IMG/VR virus record: IMGVR_UViG_3300027680_000001
Span: 1-50,145 of that record
Length of the DNA stretch: 50,145 bases
DNA from: a virus
Taxonomy: Duplodnaviria; Caudoviricetes
Direction: 5' to 3' (one strand)
Shown here: positions 8,059 to 16,620 of the stretch, piece after piece
Layout: every line of letters begins with the position of its first letter
Numbering within the stretch: position 1 is the stretch's first letter
Notes under the pieces: model-generated
Databases searched by the model: none
What the model was told of the DNA's origin: nothing
The model's input: the letters and a program-made list of their open reading frames with translations, nothing else
Program-made: the position numbers and the translations under genes

Positions 8059-8217
8059 CTATTCCTCCTCCTCAAGAGAGCGAAACTTTGCTCTGAAGTA
8101 TTCCTGTGCCTCAAGTTTCTCGCGTTGAGCTATTCTATGACTCTCCCACGCAGCAAATGCGAAGACAATCGAGAGAAGCCCTAAAGATACAAATCCTGCT
8201 ACTACAAAAGAGTTCAT
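8059..8217 (-). CDS. Small N-anchored membrane protein (not in ORF track)
   Basis: 52 aa MNSFVVAGFVSLGLLSIVFAFAAWESHRIAQREK...; fills the gap with an ATGA overlap. Confidence 0.55.
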   Translation of the reverse strand: MNSFVVAGFVSLGLLSIVFAFAAWESHRIAQREKLEAQEYFRAKFRSLEEEE

Positions 8218-8417
8218 AGATACCTCTCCTTCATCTCCACAAGTTTTTCATACCTAGCATCTTTGATGTTTGAGTACTTAATTCTTCCAAGGGATTTGAG
8301 AAAATGTAAATCCTCTTTGCTTATTCTCCTACTCTTTATCGGAGAAGCTAAGAGCACAGAGAATTGAAGAAGTATCATAAACACCTTTGCGGTTCTTTCA
8401 CGATCAGTCACTTTCAT
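8214..8417 (-). CDS. Hypothetical protein
   Basis: GGAGG RBS; overlaps its neighbours. Confidence 0.55.
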   Translation of the reverse strand: MKVTDRERTAKVFMILLQFSVLLASPIKSRRISKEDLHFLKSLGRIKYSNIKDARYEKLVEMKERYL

Positions 8418-8598
8418 CCTCCCAGATGATTTTGTCTCTCACAATACTTTGCCTCCACACATAGAATCTAAACTTCGATTCATGCTCTCTACAAATATCT
8501 ACATGATTAAAGGGATCGTCTTTAGAATAATGTAAGCGGAGTACGGCTGCTTCTTTACAGCGTACTCCGCTTGAATCAATGAAAGTACATTGCCACAT
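8404..8598 (-). CDS. Small CCCH-type zinc-finger protein
   Basis: C-x9-C-x21-C-x2-H motif. Confidence 0.6.
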   Translation of the reverse strand: MWQCTFIDSSGVRCKEAAVLRLHYSKDDPFNHVDICREHESKFRFYVWRQSIVRDKIIWEDESD

Positions 8599-9107
8599 TA
8601 ATTCGCCTTCTTTAGAAGGTCTGTTGAATGTCTTTCATGGCAATCAGTTACCGCGCAACGATATTGCCTGATCTCATTCCTTTGTCTTCCCTGATATTCA
8701 GTTATCGCGAGTTCCACTTCGATAACTTTGTTAGTAAGTGGGCCAAGATACTTCCATTGTTTCGGATCATCAGGAAACTTATCCGCGTTCTCAAAGACGC
8801 CGGGAATGGTATAACTCGCCGCCTCTGTTCCCTGATTCCCATCCTGTACTTCTTCCATTTGTAAACCAAAAGCGTGAACGAAGTCAAAAAGAATCCATCC
8901 AGCTTTGGAGTTGAGAGAGGCAAAAACCTTCTTTCCTTCTTCACTGCCATTCCCCACAATTGAGAACTCAGGATTCAGCGAAACGCTGTCTTTATTCTCT
9001 CCTGCTATTTGAGGTTTGAAGTGTTTGAACTGCAAGTTATACCACCCTGGAGGCGCTGGTGGTTTCCCATGTAACTGCTCCTTGTTAAAGCCCATACTAA
9101 ACGGCAT
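8598..9107 (-). CDS. Putative single-stranded DNA-binding protein (DUF669-like)
   Basis: Start moved to MPFSMG (AAGGAG RBS); PAPPGWYNL..EYQGRQRNEI pattern; downstream of the AAA_24 ATPase. Confidence 0.6.
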   Translation of the reverse strand: MPFSMGFNKEQLHGKPPAPPGWYNLQFKHFKPQIAGENKDSVSLNPEFSIVGNGSEEGKKVFASLNSKAGWILFDFVHAFGLQMEEVQDGNQGTEAASYTIPGVFENADKFPDDPKQWKYLGPLTNKVIEVELAITEYQGRQRNEIRQYRCAVTDCHERHSTDLLKKAN

Positions 9108-9339
9108 TTTCATGCTCCTTTCTGAGTTGGAACTGATTTTCAATCTTAGCAGATTCATCGCTCTTAACAATCCAAAGGATTTTATCAACCGGAATCATTG
9201 CGATTTCATCATCATGTTCATCGCTGAAAGTAATGATTCCATCGTTTACGTTGATCTCTTCAACTCCACAGAGAGTGATACGCATCCCATCTGTAGTTTT
9301 TACTCGGAGATCAGGTACTTTCCTATCCTCATCCATCAC
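9097..9339 (-). CDS. Hypothetical protein
   Basis: 80 aa, operon packing. Confidence 0.55.
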   Translation of the reverse strand: MMDEDRKVPDLRVKTTDGMRITLCGVEEINVNDGIITFSDEHDDEIAMIPVDKILWIVKSDESAKIENQFQLRKEHENAV

Positions 9340-10124
9340 TTCACTCCCTTCGCTTTACGCTTTTCTTCATGCTTTGCAATCATGTTGAGAATGTTCGGAG
9401 GTTCAATAGGATCGAGAAGCAGAGTAGTATTCCAATTCCCTAAAATATTAGGTCTACACTCACATTCATATTTTCCCGTTGGACTCACTTTAATATGATA
9501 GACCTCATTAAATAAAGATAAACAAGAAGAGAGATACTGGGGATCAGTAGTAAGCTGCCCAGTATAAGCAGCCTCTTCCTTAGTTGATTCGGCATAGTCC
9601 TTTTCATTCTTTTCATGGAAAGCAAAGATAATATCAACACCGAGTGTACTAAACTCAGAGATGAGATAACCAACATAACGTTGTATACCGTTGATGACAT
9701 CCCATCCCTTTCTTACTTTCATAGAAGTTGAGTTTCCTACTTTGATCTCACGATATAAATCTTTACACTGTCTAAAGATCTCATCTTCCATAGCTCGCTG
9801 CATAAAAGTAACAGTGTCAAAACACACTGTTGCAGGAAGAGGAAGATTCTTTATCTTATTGGCTTTCATAATAGAGAGATCTCTTTCAACCTCAGTCATC
9901 TCGGGTTTTGTTTTTACAAAGAGTCCCTTCTTTCCCGCGAGAGATTCAGGACGATCATCGAAATCATAATAAAGTATAGGCGTTCGCGCTGTAGTACAGA
10001 GAGTGCTCTTACCGCTCTTTGGCTTGCCAACAATTGCAATTTTCAATCTCCCCGTAGGAGAGAGAGTCTCACTCTCTACTCCTGTCATTCCTGCAAAACA
10101 ATTTCCCTGAGCGAGTGAACTCAT
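9336..10124 (-). CDS. AAA_24/Sak4-like recombination ATPase
   Basis: Walker A GKPKSGKST; YDFD; TVCFDTVT; FAFHE. Confidence 0.8.
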   Translation of the reverse strand: MSSLAQGNCFAGMTGVESETLSPTGRLKIAIVGKPKSGKSTLCTTARTPILYYDFDDRPESLAGKKGLFVKTKPEMTEVERDLSIMKANKIKNLPLPATVCFDTVTFMQRAMEDEIFRQCKDLYREIKVGNSTSMKVRKGWDVINGIQRYVGYLISEFSTLGVDIIFAFHEKNEKDYAESTKEEAAYTGQLTTDPQYLSSCLSLFNEVYHIKVSPTGKYECECRPNILGNWNTTLLLDPIEPPNILNMIAKHEEKRKAKGVK

Positions 10125-10136
10125 TGTTGAAGCTCC

Positions 10137-10523
10137 TTACGAAGTAACTGGTGTTTCTGCTGGAAATCCTTTTCCACTCATTTTCTTATTCTTAGCATCT
10201 TTCGTGGATGGTTGCCACCAGAAATGTGTTGGTCCTACGCCGGCGGATATTCTAATATCATCAGAAGTATCCTTTCCAGTGGAAGAATTATCAAGCACCT
10301 GATCGTTTCTTTGATCTCCAGTTGAAGTAAAAAATCCTAAATCAGTGGAGCGCAAGATCTTATGATGCTTTTCGCATACATAGTATACTTGATAATTCGC
10401 AGGAAGTGCAGTATCAGTAACCTGTTGCTCTGATGGTCTAAAACACAAAAGACCATTAGTCTCAGGATACTGACACCGCCTGAATATTGAGGTTGCATCG
10501 AGTTGAACGTAAGTTCGAGCCAT
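10137..10523 (-). CDS. CCCH-type zinc-finger protein
   Basis: AGGAG RBS; C-x9-C-x22-C-x2-H motif. Confidence 0.6.
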   Translation of the reverse strand: MARTYVQLDATSIFRRCQYPETNGLLCFRPSEQQVTDTALPANYQVYYVCEKHHKILRSTDLGFFTSTGDQRNDQVLDNSSTGKDTSDDIRISAGVGPTHFWWQPSTKDAKNKKMSGKGFPAETPVTS

Positions 10524-10542
10524 AAAGAACTCCTATTTCCTC

Positions 10543-11043
10543 TTATTTTTTTTCTTCCGCGCCCGTATGGTGATGGAAGAAACTGCCTTCGGTTTTTTCT
10601 TTTTGCTCAACTTCTTTAGAGGTTTTGGAAGCTTGTACAGGTTTCGGCTGCTCCGCCTCCTTTGGCGCTTCTTGTTCTTTTTGAGTTTGATCTTTCGGCG
10701 CAGCTTCAAAATCAGGCGCAACTTGCGGAGGATCAATAACCATCTCCTTTAGAGGAGTATTAATATCCTCATCCTTAAGCGATCCAGCGTCGAGAGCTTT
10801 TTGAATCCTCACATGTCTCTCACATAGCTGATAAGTTCTTGTTGTCTTATCAGAAAGAGTCTCTTTAACCTCTTCCTCTCCTGCCTTCCAGCATTGGAGA
10901 CGACTTGGCAAAGTAAAAGAACATCTGTCAATTCTATCTCCTGTTAAGAGAGGTCTGAACTCTCTCTTAATCTTTTGCTCTGGAGGCTGTGCCGCTAGCT
11001 GTTCTTCAGGCTTCTTTTCAACAAGTGACATCTTAAACTCCAT
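10543..11043 (-). CDS. CCCH-type zinc-finger protein with low-complexity charged tail
   Basis: C-x9-C-x22-C-x2-H motif; E/K/Q/P-rich C-terminus. Confidence 0.6.
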   Translation of the reverse strand: MEFKMSLVEKKPEEQLAAQPPEQKIKREFRPLLTGDRIDRCSFTLPSRLQCWKAGEEEVKETLSDKTTRTYQLCERHVRIQKALDAGSLKDEDINTPLKEMVIDPPQVAPDFEAAPKDQTQKEQEAPKEAEQPKPVQASKTSKEVEQKEKTEGSFFHHHTGAEEKK

Positions 11044-12124
11044 TCAGTGAGATATTCTCTGTATTCCACAAAGGAAGTCTCACGAATCCGTTATTTAGCG
11101 TAGCCTGCTCTCCCACTACGTCGCTTTGACGGTGGACATCGAAGTAAACACACTTACCATGATACCAATTCGTACAATGACTCGTGTCTCTCGCAATTGG
11201 AGTTCCATTTGCAAAGCGAGTTAAATCTTGAAGCAGATTTTCGCACGATGTTATCATTCTTTTCTCATATAGAGAGAGTTGTTCACTAGTTTTCCATATA
11301 CATAATCTCCTGAATCTATCCATCGTATCTTTCGCCGGAGGATTTTTCGCAATCATATTAATGAGAATTCGATTACAATCTCGTTTTGTGATATATTCTT
11401 TAGGAATGTACTTCGGGAGAATTCTTCTGAGAGCGTATATGTATCCTGTTGGTCCTTCGTCGATAAGATATCTGTCCAAGGGATCATTCCTAAATGTTCC
11501 AGTTGTTTTATGATCCATTGGCATGATAAAGAATCCGTCATCGACAATAACATCCATTCTTCCTGCGAGACAGATAATGAGAGAGTTATCCTCATAGAGA
11601 ACAATTTCCTTCCCTTTTCCAAAAGAAATCTCAGTACCGAGAATACGAAGTTTTTCATTTTCTGCTTTAAATCTCGTAGCATACTGAAGAAGAATTCCTA
11701 CAAATCCTTTATATCCTCCTATAGTATGATACTCAGGATGCTCTTTATATAAATTATCCATATCTAATTTATCCCACACTGGCTTTGATTTATAAGTTGC
11801 CCAATCGAGCATATCAAATTCTGGATTCTTAAATTCTTTATAATAAATCTCCATCATTTTATGAAATGCAATACCGAAATCAAGATACCATCTTCTCAAA
11901 TTCGGAACTCCATATCCGGGTTTTGGGTGATATCCTAAAACATGCATTTGAATAAAAGCATCGGCACACGTTCTGTGCGTACTTAGCAAATGATTGTCTA
12001 CAACAAGAAGAAACTTTCTTGTTTCAACATCCATCTTTAGCCAAGGCAACTCATACTTATCCAAGAGAATAAGTAAGCTCTCTGTTTGATAATCTGAAAG
12101 CATATTTCCAAGCGTAGCTTGCAT
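11033..12124 (-). CDS. PD-(D/E)XK (RecB/Cas4-like) exonuclease
   Basis: FGIAFH; E..F..GRMDVIV..MDHKTT catalytic motifs; C-terminal cysteines; sits beside the AAA_24 and SSB genes. Confidence 0.8.
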   Translation of the reverse strand: MQATLGNMLSDYQTESLLILLDKYELPWLKMDVETRKFLLVVDNHLLSTHRTCADAFIQMHVLGYHPKPGYGVPNLRRWYLDFGIAFHKMMEIYYKEFKNPEFDMLDWATYKSKPVWDKLDMDNLYKEHPEYHTIGGYKGFVGILLQYATRFKAENEKLRILGTEISFGKGKEIVLYEDNSLIICLAGRMDVIVDDGFFIMPMDHKTTGTFRNDPLDRYLIDEGPTGYIYALRRILPKYIPKEYITKRDCNRILINMIAKNPPAKDTMDRFRRLCIWKTSEQLSLYEKRMITSCENLLQDLTRFANGTPIARDTSHCTNWYHGKCVYFDVHRQSDVVGEQATLNNGFVRLPLWNTENISLNGV

Positions 12125-12721
12125 TTACTTTCCCTTTCCCATTAGCTTCGCTAACATGTCAAGCATGTTAAGAGCATCGGTTGGTTTCATGTTTGAAAGA
12201 ATCGCGTTCATTTGATTCTTCTTCTTCTCCATCGTAGTGTGTGACACTACTGCGGTGTCTGTTTTAGTTACCACAGTGCTTGAGACAGTGCCAATCTTCA
12301 CGTTTTGCGCTTGGAATTTCTTTATCTTGCGCTCTTCTCTTTCGAGAATCATGAGAGAAGTTTGTTCTTTAAACAATTCAATCTTAAGCTCAAGCTCAGC
12401 ATCACTCATCGCGCTGTTTCTACGTTGCATAAAGAGATAATCCATGCCACTAATCTTATACGTCGTGGCCCGTCTCCTTATGATTTTTTCTTTATCTGTA
12501 ACAAGATCATAATCTTTTCTAGCGTATACTTCTTCGTTCTTTAGAAGATTCAGGTCGCTCAAACAATCCGCGCAATATTCATTCCCATCTATAATAGATG
12601 CAGAATGTATACAATATAATTCTCCACATCGTACACACTTTCGTATTCCAACTTCTTTCAAGAGATTATCATTGATGCATGTTTCGCATGTTTTTGAGGG
12701 CAATTCATTCTCATCACTCAT
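12125..12721 (-). CDS. Zinc-finger plus coiled-coil protein
   Basis: CETC, CVRC, CIH, CADC; C-terminal helical region. Confidence 0.65.
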   Translation of the reverse strand: MSDENELPSKTCETCINDNLLKEVGIRKCVRCGELYCIHSASIIDGNEYCADCLSDLNLLKNEEVYARKDYDLVTDKEKIIRRRATTYKISGMDYLFMQRRNSAMSDAELELKIELFKEQTSLMILEREERKIKKFQAQNVKIGTVSSTVVTKTDTAVVSHTTMEKKKNQMNAILSNMKPTDALNMLDMLAKLMGKGK

Positions 12722-12739
12722 TGTCTCTCCTTTGCATTT

Positions 12740-12955
12740 TTAAAACTGAGCATCATGCATGTTCGCTTGTGTTCTAACCACCTCTTCAATTACCTTCTTA
12801 TGCATTTGTGGAAGATTTCCCGCAAAATACTCTCTTAAAAGAGCGCGAACGAGAATCGAGGCAGATACCATTTTTGGCAAAGTCTTAAGAATGATCAATT
12901 GGTCATTCTCGATTCTTACTGATGTTATTGATGTTTTATTGTTGCGTGCTGCCAT
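12740..12955 (-). CDS. Putative ribbon-helix-helix transcription regulator
   Basis: TSVRIE beta-strand followed by helices with SILVRALLREY; first gene after a sigma70-type promoter. Confidence 0.55.
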   Translation of the reverse strand: MAARNNKTSITSVRIENDQLIILKTLPKMVSASILVRALLREYFAGNLPQMHKKVIEEVVRTQANMHDAQF

Positions 12956-12978
12956 TGCTTATTACCCCCGATTTGGGA

Positions 12979-13008
12979 AGGATAATATGCCCGCGATGCG
13001 CCTGTCAA
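12979..13008 (-). promoter_or_regulatory. Sigma70-type promoter for the replication module
   Basis: TTGACA-18-TATCCT on the - strand; 25-bp IHF-like site at 13015-13039. Confidence 0.6.
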
Positions 13009-13068
13009 GGGCATTATGCGCTTTAGAATCAAGGGGTTGCGGGTTTTCCACAACCCCCGAGCGGGAAA

Positions 13069-13248
13069 TCACCTAAATGAATCAATTACTTCAAACAAAA
13101 GTTCTCTGTAGATATCGGCTTTCAGCTCTTCTTTTGAAAGCCTTGCGTTGAGGTTGTTGATCTCTTCAAGTTTTCTCTCAAGTAAATCTGCAAGAGGATC
13201 AATTACGCTTTCTGTAGCTTTGTTTGTAACTTTTGAGTTTTTCTTCAT
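13069..13248 (-). CDS. Small coiled-coil protein (start uncertain)
   Basis: DPLADLLERKLEEINNLNARL heptads; 5' part overlaps the acidic ORF. Confidence 0.45.
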   Translation of the reverse strand: MKKNSKVTNKATESVIDPLADLLERKLEEINNLNARLSKEELKADIYRELLFEVIDSFR

Positions 13249-13516
13249 TGTCGTGTTCGATACGTTCTTCGATTTCCTCAAATAAATTCCCTTGGGCATC
13301 GTCCTCATCCTCTCTTGACTCCTCACGAAGTCCGTAATATCCATCCATACACTCTTGTGTACAGAATGGATTGTTTTCTTCATCAAATACTACAGAATCT
13401 TCATCCTCAAAGATTGTTTCTGGAGGATCTTGTCCGTAGTATCCACAATTATAGGAATGTTCTACTCCTATAAGAGCGCCACATCCTGTGCATTCAACGT
13501 CACTACGTTGAGACAT
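13199..13516 (-). CDS. Acidic protein with Cys/His metal-binding motifs
   Basis: AGGAG RBS; CTGC..H..C and FCTQEC; very D/E-rich. Confidence 0.6.
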   Translation of the reverse strand: MSQRSDVECTGCGALIGVEHSYNCGYYGQDPPETIFEDEDSVVFDEENNPFCTQECMDGYYGLREESREDEDDAQGNLFEEIEERIEHDNEEKLKSYKQSYRKRN

Positions 13517-14651
13517 ATTGTCTCCTTATCTCATCATACTGTGCTGTAACCACAGCAATATCCTGCGTGGTAACATACGCAGAATGCGCTCTCTTCAGCA
13601 TGTCTGATCCTGAGATTTTGTAAAGATAATCCCCCTTTCCTAGAAGACACTCAGCTCCATTTTCATCAAGAACTACTCTTGAATCAGCCATTGTGGGAAG
13701 TTTAAAGCAAATTCTCGCAGGGAAATTAGCTTTCAAATCCCCTGAGATCACTTTCACGCTAGGGCGTTGTGTAGCAACAATGAGATGTACTCCAGCCGCG
13801 CGAGATATTGCAGCAATTTGTTTCACTAACATCTCTATAGACGTTGGACGATCCTTTTTAGGAATCCCTGCCCAAAGTATCTCATCTTGCTGCATTACAT
13901 CTGCAAATTCGTCAATGATGAATACTTTGTACTTAAGCTTTTGTCCCATTCCAAGAGTGTTCCACTCTTTAATATTCCGAGCGTATCCACTCATTAATTC
14001 AGTACGTCTTCGTACTTCTTGTAACGCATCTGTAAGCGCAGTGCGCAAATCTTCAACCTCTCTAACTACAGAAGAAACATGATCTAAATCTTCAAAGAAA
14101 ACTAAATCAAGCTTCTTTGTATCCACAAGCGTAAAGGATAGTTCCTTCGGCGATCTAAAAAGCGCCAAGCTTGCTATAAGCTGAGAGGTGAATACAGATT
14201 TTCCTGACCCAGTTGAACCTGAAATGAGCAAATGAGGTTGATCAGCAAGATCAGCGTACAAATAATCTCCTCTAGTATTCTGTCCCATAAGTAAGGGAAG
14301 CTGCATATCAACAGTTTGAGGAGATGTAAGTAATCCATGCAAGCATGAATCAAATCTGATAACCTTCCTGTCTTCTCTCGGTACTTCAATTGCAATGAGT
14401 CCAGCATTTCTTTCAATCCTCACACTTTCTACATGCAATGTACCAGCGAGTTCCTCTTCTTTATTTAAAATCTTCGAGAAGAGAGATCCCTCTGATGGTT
14501 GGAAGAAAAAGGTCCGTAAATATGGACCTTCCTCTAGTTTTTCGAAAAATGCAGCGAATCCTAGAATAAGCATCTTATGTGAGAGCTTTCCTATTTGTTG
14601 CTGCACTTCAGGTGGTAGTCCCTCTGATTTGCTAAGAAGATTCAGTGGCAT
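13503..14651 (-). CDS. FtsK/SpoIIIE-family ATPase (motor domain only)
   Basis: PHLLISGSTGSGKS, VDTKKLDL, IIDEFAD, RAAGVHLIVATQRPS, GAECLLGKGD; no TM segments or gamma domain. Confidence 0.9.
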   Translation of the reverse strand: MPLNLLSKSEGLPPEVQQQIGKLSHKMLILGFAAFFEKLEEGPYLRTFFFQPSEGSLFSKILNKEEELAGTLHVESVRIERNAGLIAIEVPREDRKVIRFDSCLHGLLTSPQTVDMQLPLLMGQNTRGDYLYADLADQPHLLISGSTGSGKSVFTSQLIASLALFRSPKELSFTLVDTKKLDLVFFEDLDHVSSVVREVEDLRTALTDALQEVRRRTELMSGYARNIKEWNTLGMGQKLKYKVFIIDEFADVMQQDEILWAGIPKKDRPTSIEMLVKQIAAISRAAGVHLIVATQRPSVKVISGDLKANFPARICFKLPTMADSRVVLDENGAECLLGKGDYLYKISGSDMLKRAHSAYVTTQDIAVVTAQYDEIRRQYVST

Positions 14652-14654
14652 TTT

Positions 14655-14906
14655 CTACCTCAAAGGATCAGCGATTTTGGTAATTGACGCAAGCTTTACA
14701 TCCTCAATCTTCAGAGGAAAATCAAGCGTATACTTTGTGTTTGTGTTTCTTAGATAGAGAACGAGCCTTATCATAGGCTCGTTCTCCATATCCGTGGGAA
14801 AGAAGAACTCATATTTATGTGAGTTCTGTTTTTCCCATTTAGAGAGTAGTTGAGGAAACTTTGTTGCGATTACTCTCTCTGTAAGTTCTTGGATTGTTTC
14901 GTTCAT
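14655..14906 (-). CDS. Hypothetical protein
   Basis: 83 aa between vWA and FtsK. Confidence 0.6.
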   Translation of the reverse strand: MNETIQELTERVIATKFPQLLSKWEKQNSHKYEFFFPTDMENEPMIRLVLYLRNTNTKYTLDFPLKIEDVKLASITKIADPLR

Positions 14907-15662
14907 TTAATTATGCTTCCCCGCTTCCAATTCTGCTTTGAAAGATGGAGATTGAAGCATCTTGCGATATACAGGCGCAAGATACTTGAACGCTTTGGCA
15001 AAGTTAACCTTTACAGGATCAAAATGCAAAAAGATTCCTCCTGTGCGTTCGCTGAAGTATTTGAGAAGAGCAATCTCATTCTCCATGCGTTCTGAACCAA
15101 AGAACACAGTATCGATTGGAATCTTGCGCTCTACTGCCTGCGTGATAATTACATCAGCGTTCTCTTTATATCGATCAAGCGTACTTCTTCCGTCGTTCCA
15201 ATCTTTCACAGTAATAATCTGATCCGTAGGAGATCCATCCGTGAATACAACCATGCGCGTTGTTAGAGGCATGTTCACTACCTCATTCATGCGCTTAAAT
15301 AATGGAGTACCTCCAAGATTAAGCTGAATTGTAGTTAAAGCTGTACTCTGCGCAGGAAGATCAGTGCTTAATTGCTCAAGGTTCGCACTATCTTCAGAAT
15401 TTGTGCAAAGAAAATGAACCGAAACAGCAGTTTGATTTGGAATGCAATTCCTCATATACTCTGTGACTCCGGTTTTTGCATTCTCAATTTGAGAAGTCAT
15501 AGAACCACTATCGTCAAAGACGATTCGTGTTCTATCCTTCGTTTCCTCTGGCTTTACATACTTCGTAATAGCCGCAGGCGCAGGCGCAGCAGCCTTAGCT
15601 TTTGCTGCTGCTAAGGCTGCTTTCTTATCCAAATTTGGATCTTTCTTCACAATGAATGTCAT
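14907..15662 (-). CDS. von Willebrand factor A (vWA) domain protein
   Basis: MIDAS DDSGSM, GGTPL, VVFTDGSP, IDTVFFG, TGGIF. Confidence 0.85.
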   Translation of the reverse strand: MTFIVKKDPNLDKKAALAAAKAKAAAPAPAAITKYVKPEETKDRTRIVFDDSGSMTSQIENAKTGVTEYMRNCIPNQTAVSVHFLCTNSEDSANLEQLSTDLPAQSTALTTIQLNLGGTPLFKRMNEVVNMPLTTRMVVFTDGSPTDQIITVKDWNDGRSTLDRYKENADVIITQAVERKIPIDTVFFGSERMENEIALLKYFSERTGGIFLHFDPVKVNFAKAFKYLAPVYRKMLQSPSFKAELEAGKHN

Positions 15663-15811
15663 TTTGTTACACTTTCCTCTCTTAGCTTTCTTTCAAGCAA
15701 AGCTTTCAAGAATTGAATTGCGAGATTCTCTGGCTGATGCTTTTCAAGAAACTCAATGTCTTGCTTAAGTTCCTCAATTGTTGTGAGATCTTTCCTTCTT
15801 TTGATCGTCAT
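15659..15811 (-). CDS. Small helical protein (not in ORF track)
   Basis: MTIKRRKDLTTIEELKQDIEFLEKHQPENLAIQFLKALLERKLREESVTK; GGAG RBS; ATGA overlap with vWA. Confidence 0.5.
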   Translation of the reverse strand: MTIKRRKDLTTIEELKQDIEFLEKHQPENLAIQFLKALLERKLREESVTK

Positions 15812-15956
15812 CATTCTCCAATTCTACATCGTGGATTAAAAACGTACTTCTTTGTTCAAAGCGCTCTAATGTCCCGAGCACAATATCAATTCGACGCATC
15901 AAAAAAGATACGCCTACAGCTTTCGCGATGGCGAGAGTTCTCTCTTTAGTACTCAT
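15774..15956 (-). CDS. Hypothetical protein
   Basis: ATGA overlap with the J-domain gene. Confidence 0.5.
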   Translation of the reverse strand: MSTKERTLAIAKAVGVSFLMRRIDIVLGTLERFEQRSTFLIHDVELENDDDQKKERSHNN

Positions 15957-16495
15957 GCGTTGTACACCTGCCAGTACATATTGAGTTCGCTCATCTTAGC
16001 CCCATCTCCGCCATTCCTATCAGGATGCAAGGCGAGAGCTTTCATGCGATAACTCTTCTTATCAACAACCCCAAGCTTTCTCAAAAAAGCTTCTGCATCG
16101 CTCTTCGTTATTTCCACAGATGTTGGTATTGCTCTGTTGTAAAAGAATTGCGATGGATCAATTTTCTTCGCTTTGCGAATATTGAATCTTCCAAGATTCT
16201 CTTCTAGAGAATCAATCTCATAGAAGTTAATGAGTACATTTAGCTTTTTAAAGAACTCTTGTATAGTCTCCAGAAGATGCATCCCAGCATCTCCGAGATA
16301 AGACCATACATGCGATGTTTCATTATAAGTACGTACTGCAATTGGAGGAGTTTTAAAGAGCCTTGTCATTAACTCCATGTGAAGCTTATCTTTTTTCCAA
16401 TCAATTCCATTTCCACTCTCATAGCTAGAGCACACTACATCAGTAGCTAAAACAGTGCCATTAGCATCTTTATGATGCTCGAAGAATACATACAT
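15953..16495 (-). CDS. J-domain (DnaJ-like) protein with C-terminal HPD motif
   Basis: KKSYRMKALALHPDRNGGDGAKMSELN; N-terminal RTYNETSHVWSY resembles a HARP-like motif. Confidence 0.8.
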   Translation of the reverse strand: MYVFFEHHKDANGTVLATDVVCSSYESGNGIDWKKDKLHMELMTRLFKTPPIAVRTYNETSHVWSYLGDAGMHLLETIQEFFKKLNVLINFYEIDSLEENLGRFNIRKAKKIDPSQFFYNRAIPTSVEITKSDAEAFLRKLGVVDKKSYRMKALALHPDRNGGDGAKMSELNMYWQVYNA

Positions 16496-16554
16496 TGTGT
16501 GTTTATTCCTTCCCCTCCCGTCGGGAGCATTTGAAGGAGCTTACGCTCTTTGTG

Positions 16555-16600
16555 AAAGAAATGGGAGCTTATACGAGAGTGTTGATTGTATAAGCTCCCA
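16555..16600 (-). terminator. Intrinsic terminator-like hairpin
   Basis: 13-bp stem TGGGAGCTTATAC/GTATAAGCTCCCA followed by TTTCTTT on the - strand. Confidence 0.6.
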
Positions 16601-16620
16601 ACACGGAGGAACTTGCGATC

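Noticed and set aside
11033-12124. CRISPR-associated Cas4
   Set aside because: No cas1/cas2 or array; the context with AAA_24 and SSB indicates a phage recombination nuclease.
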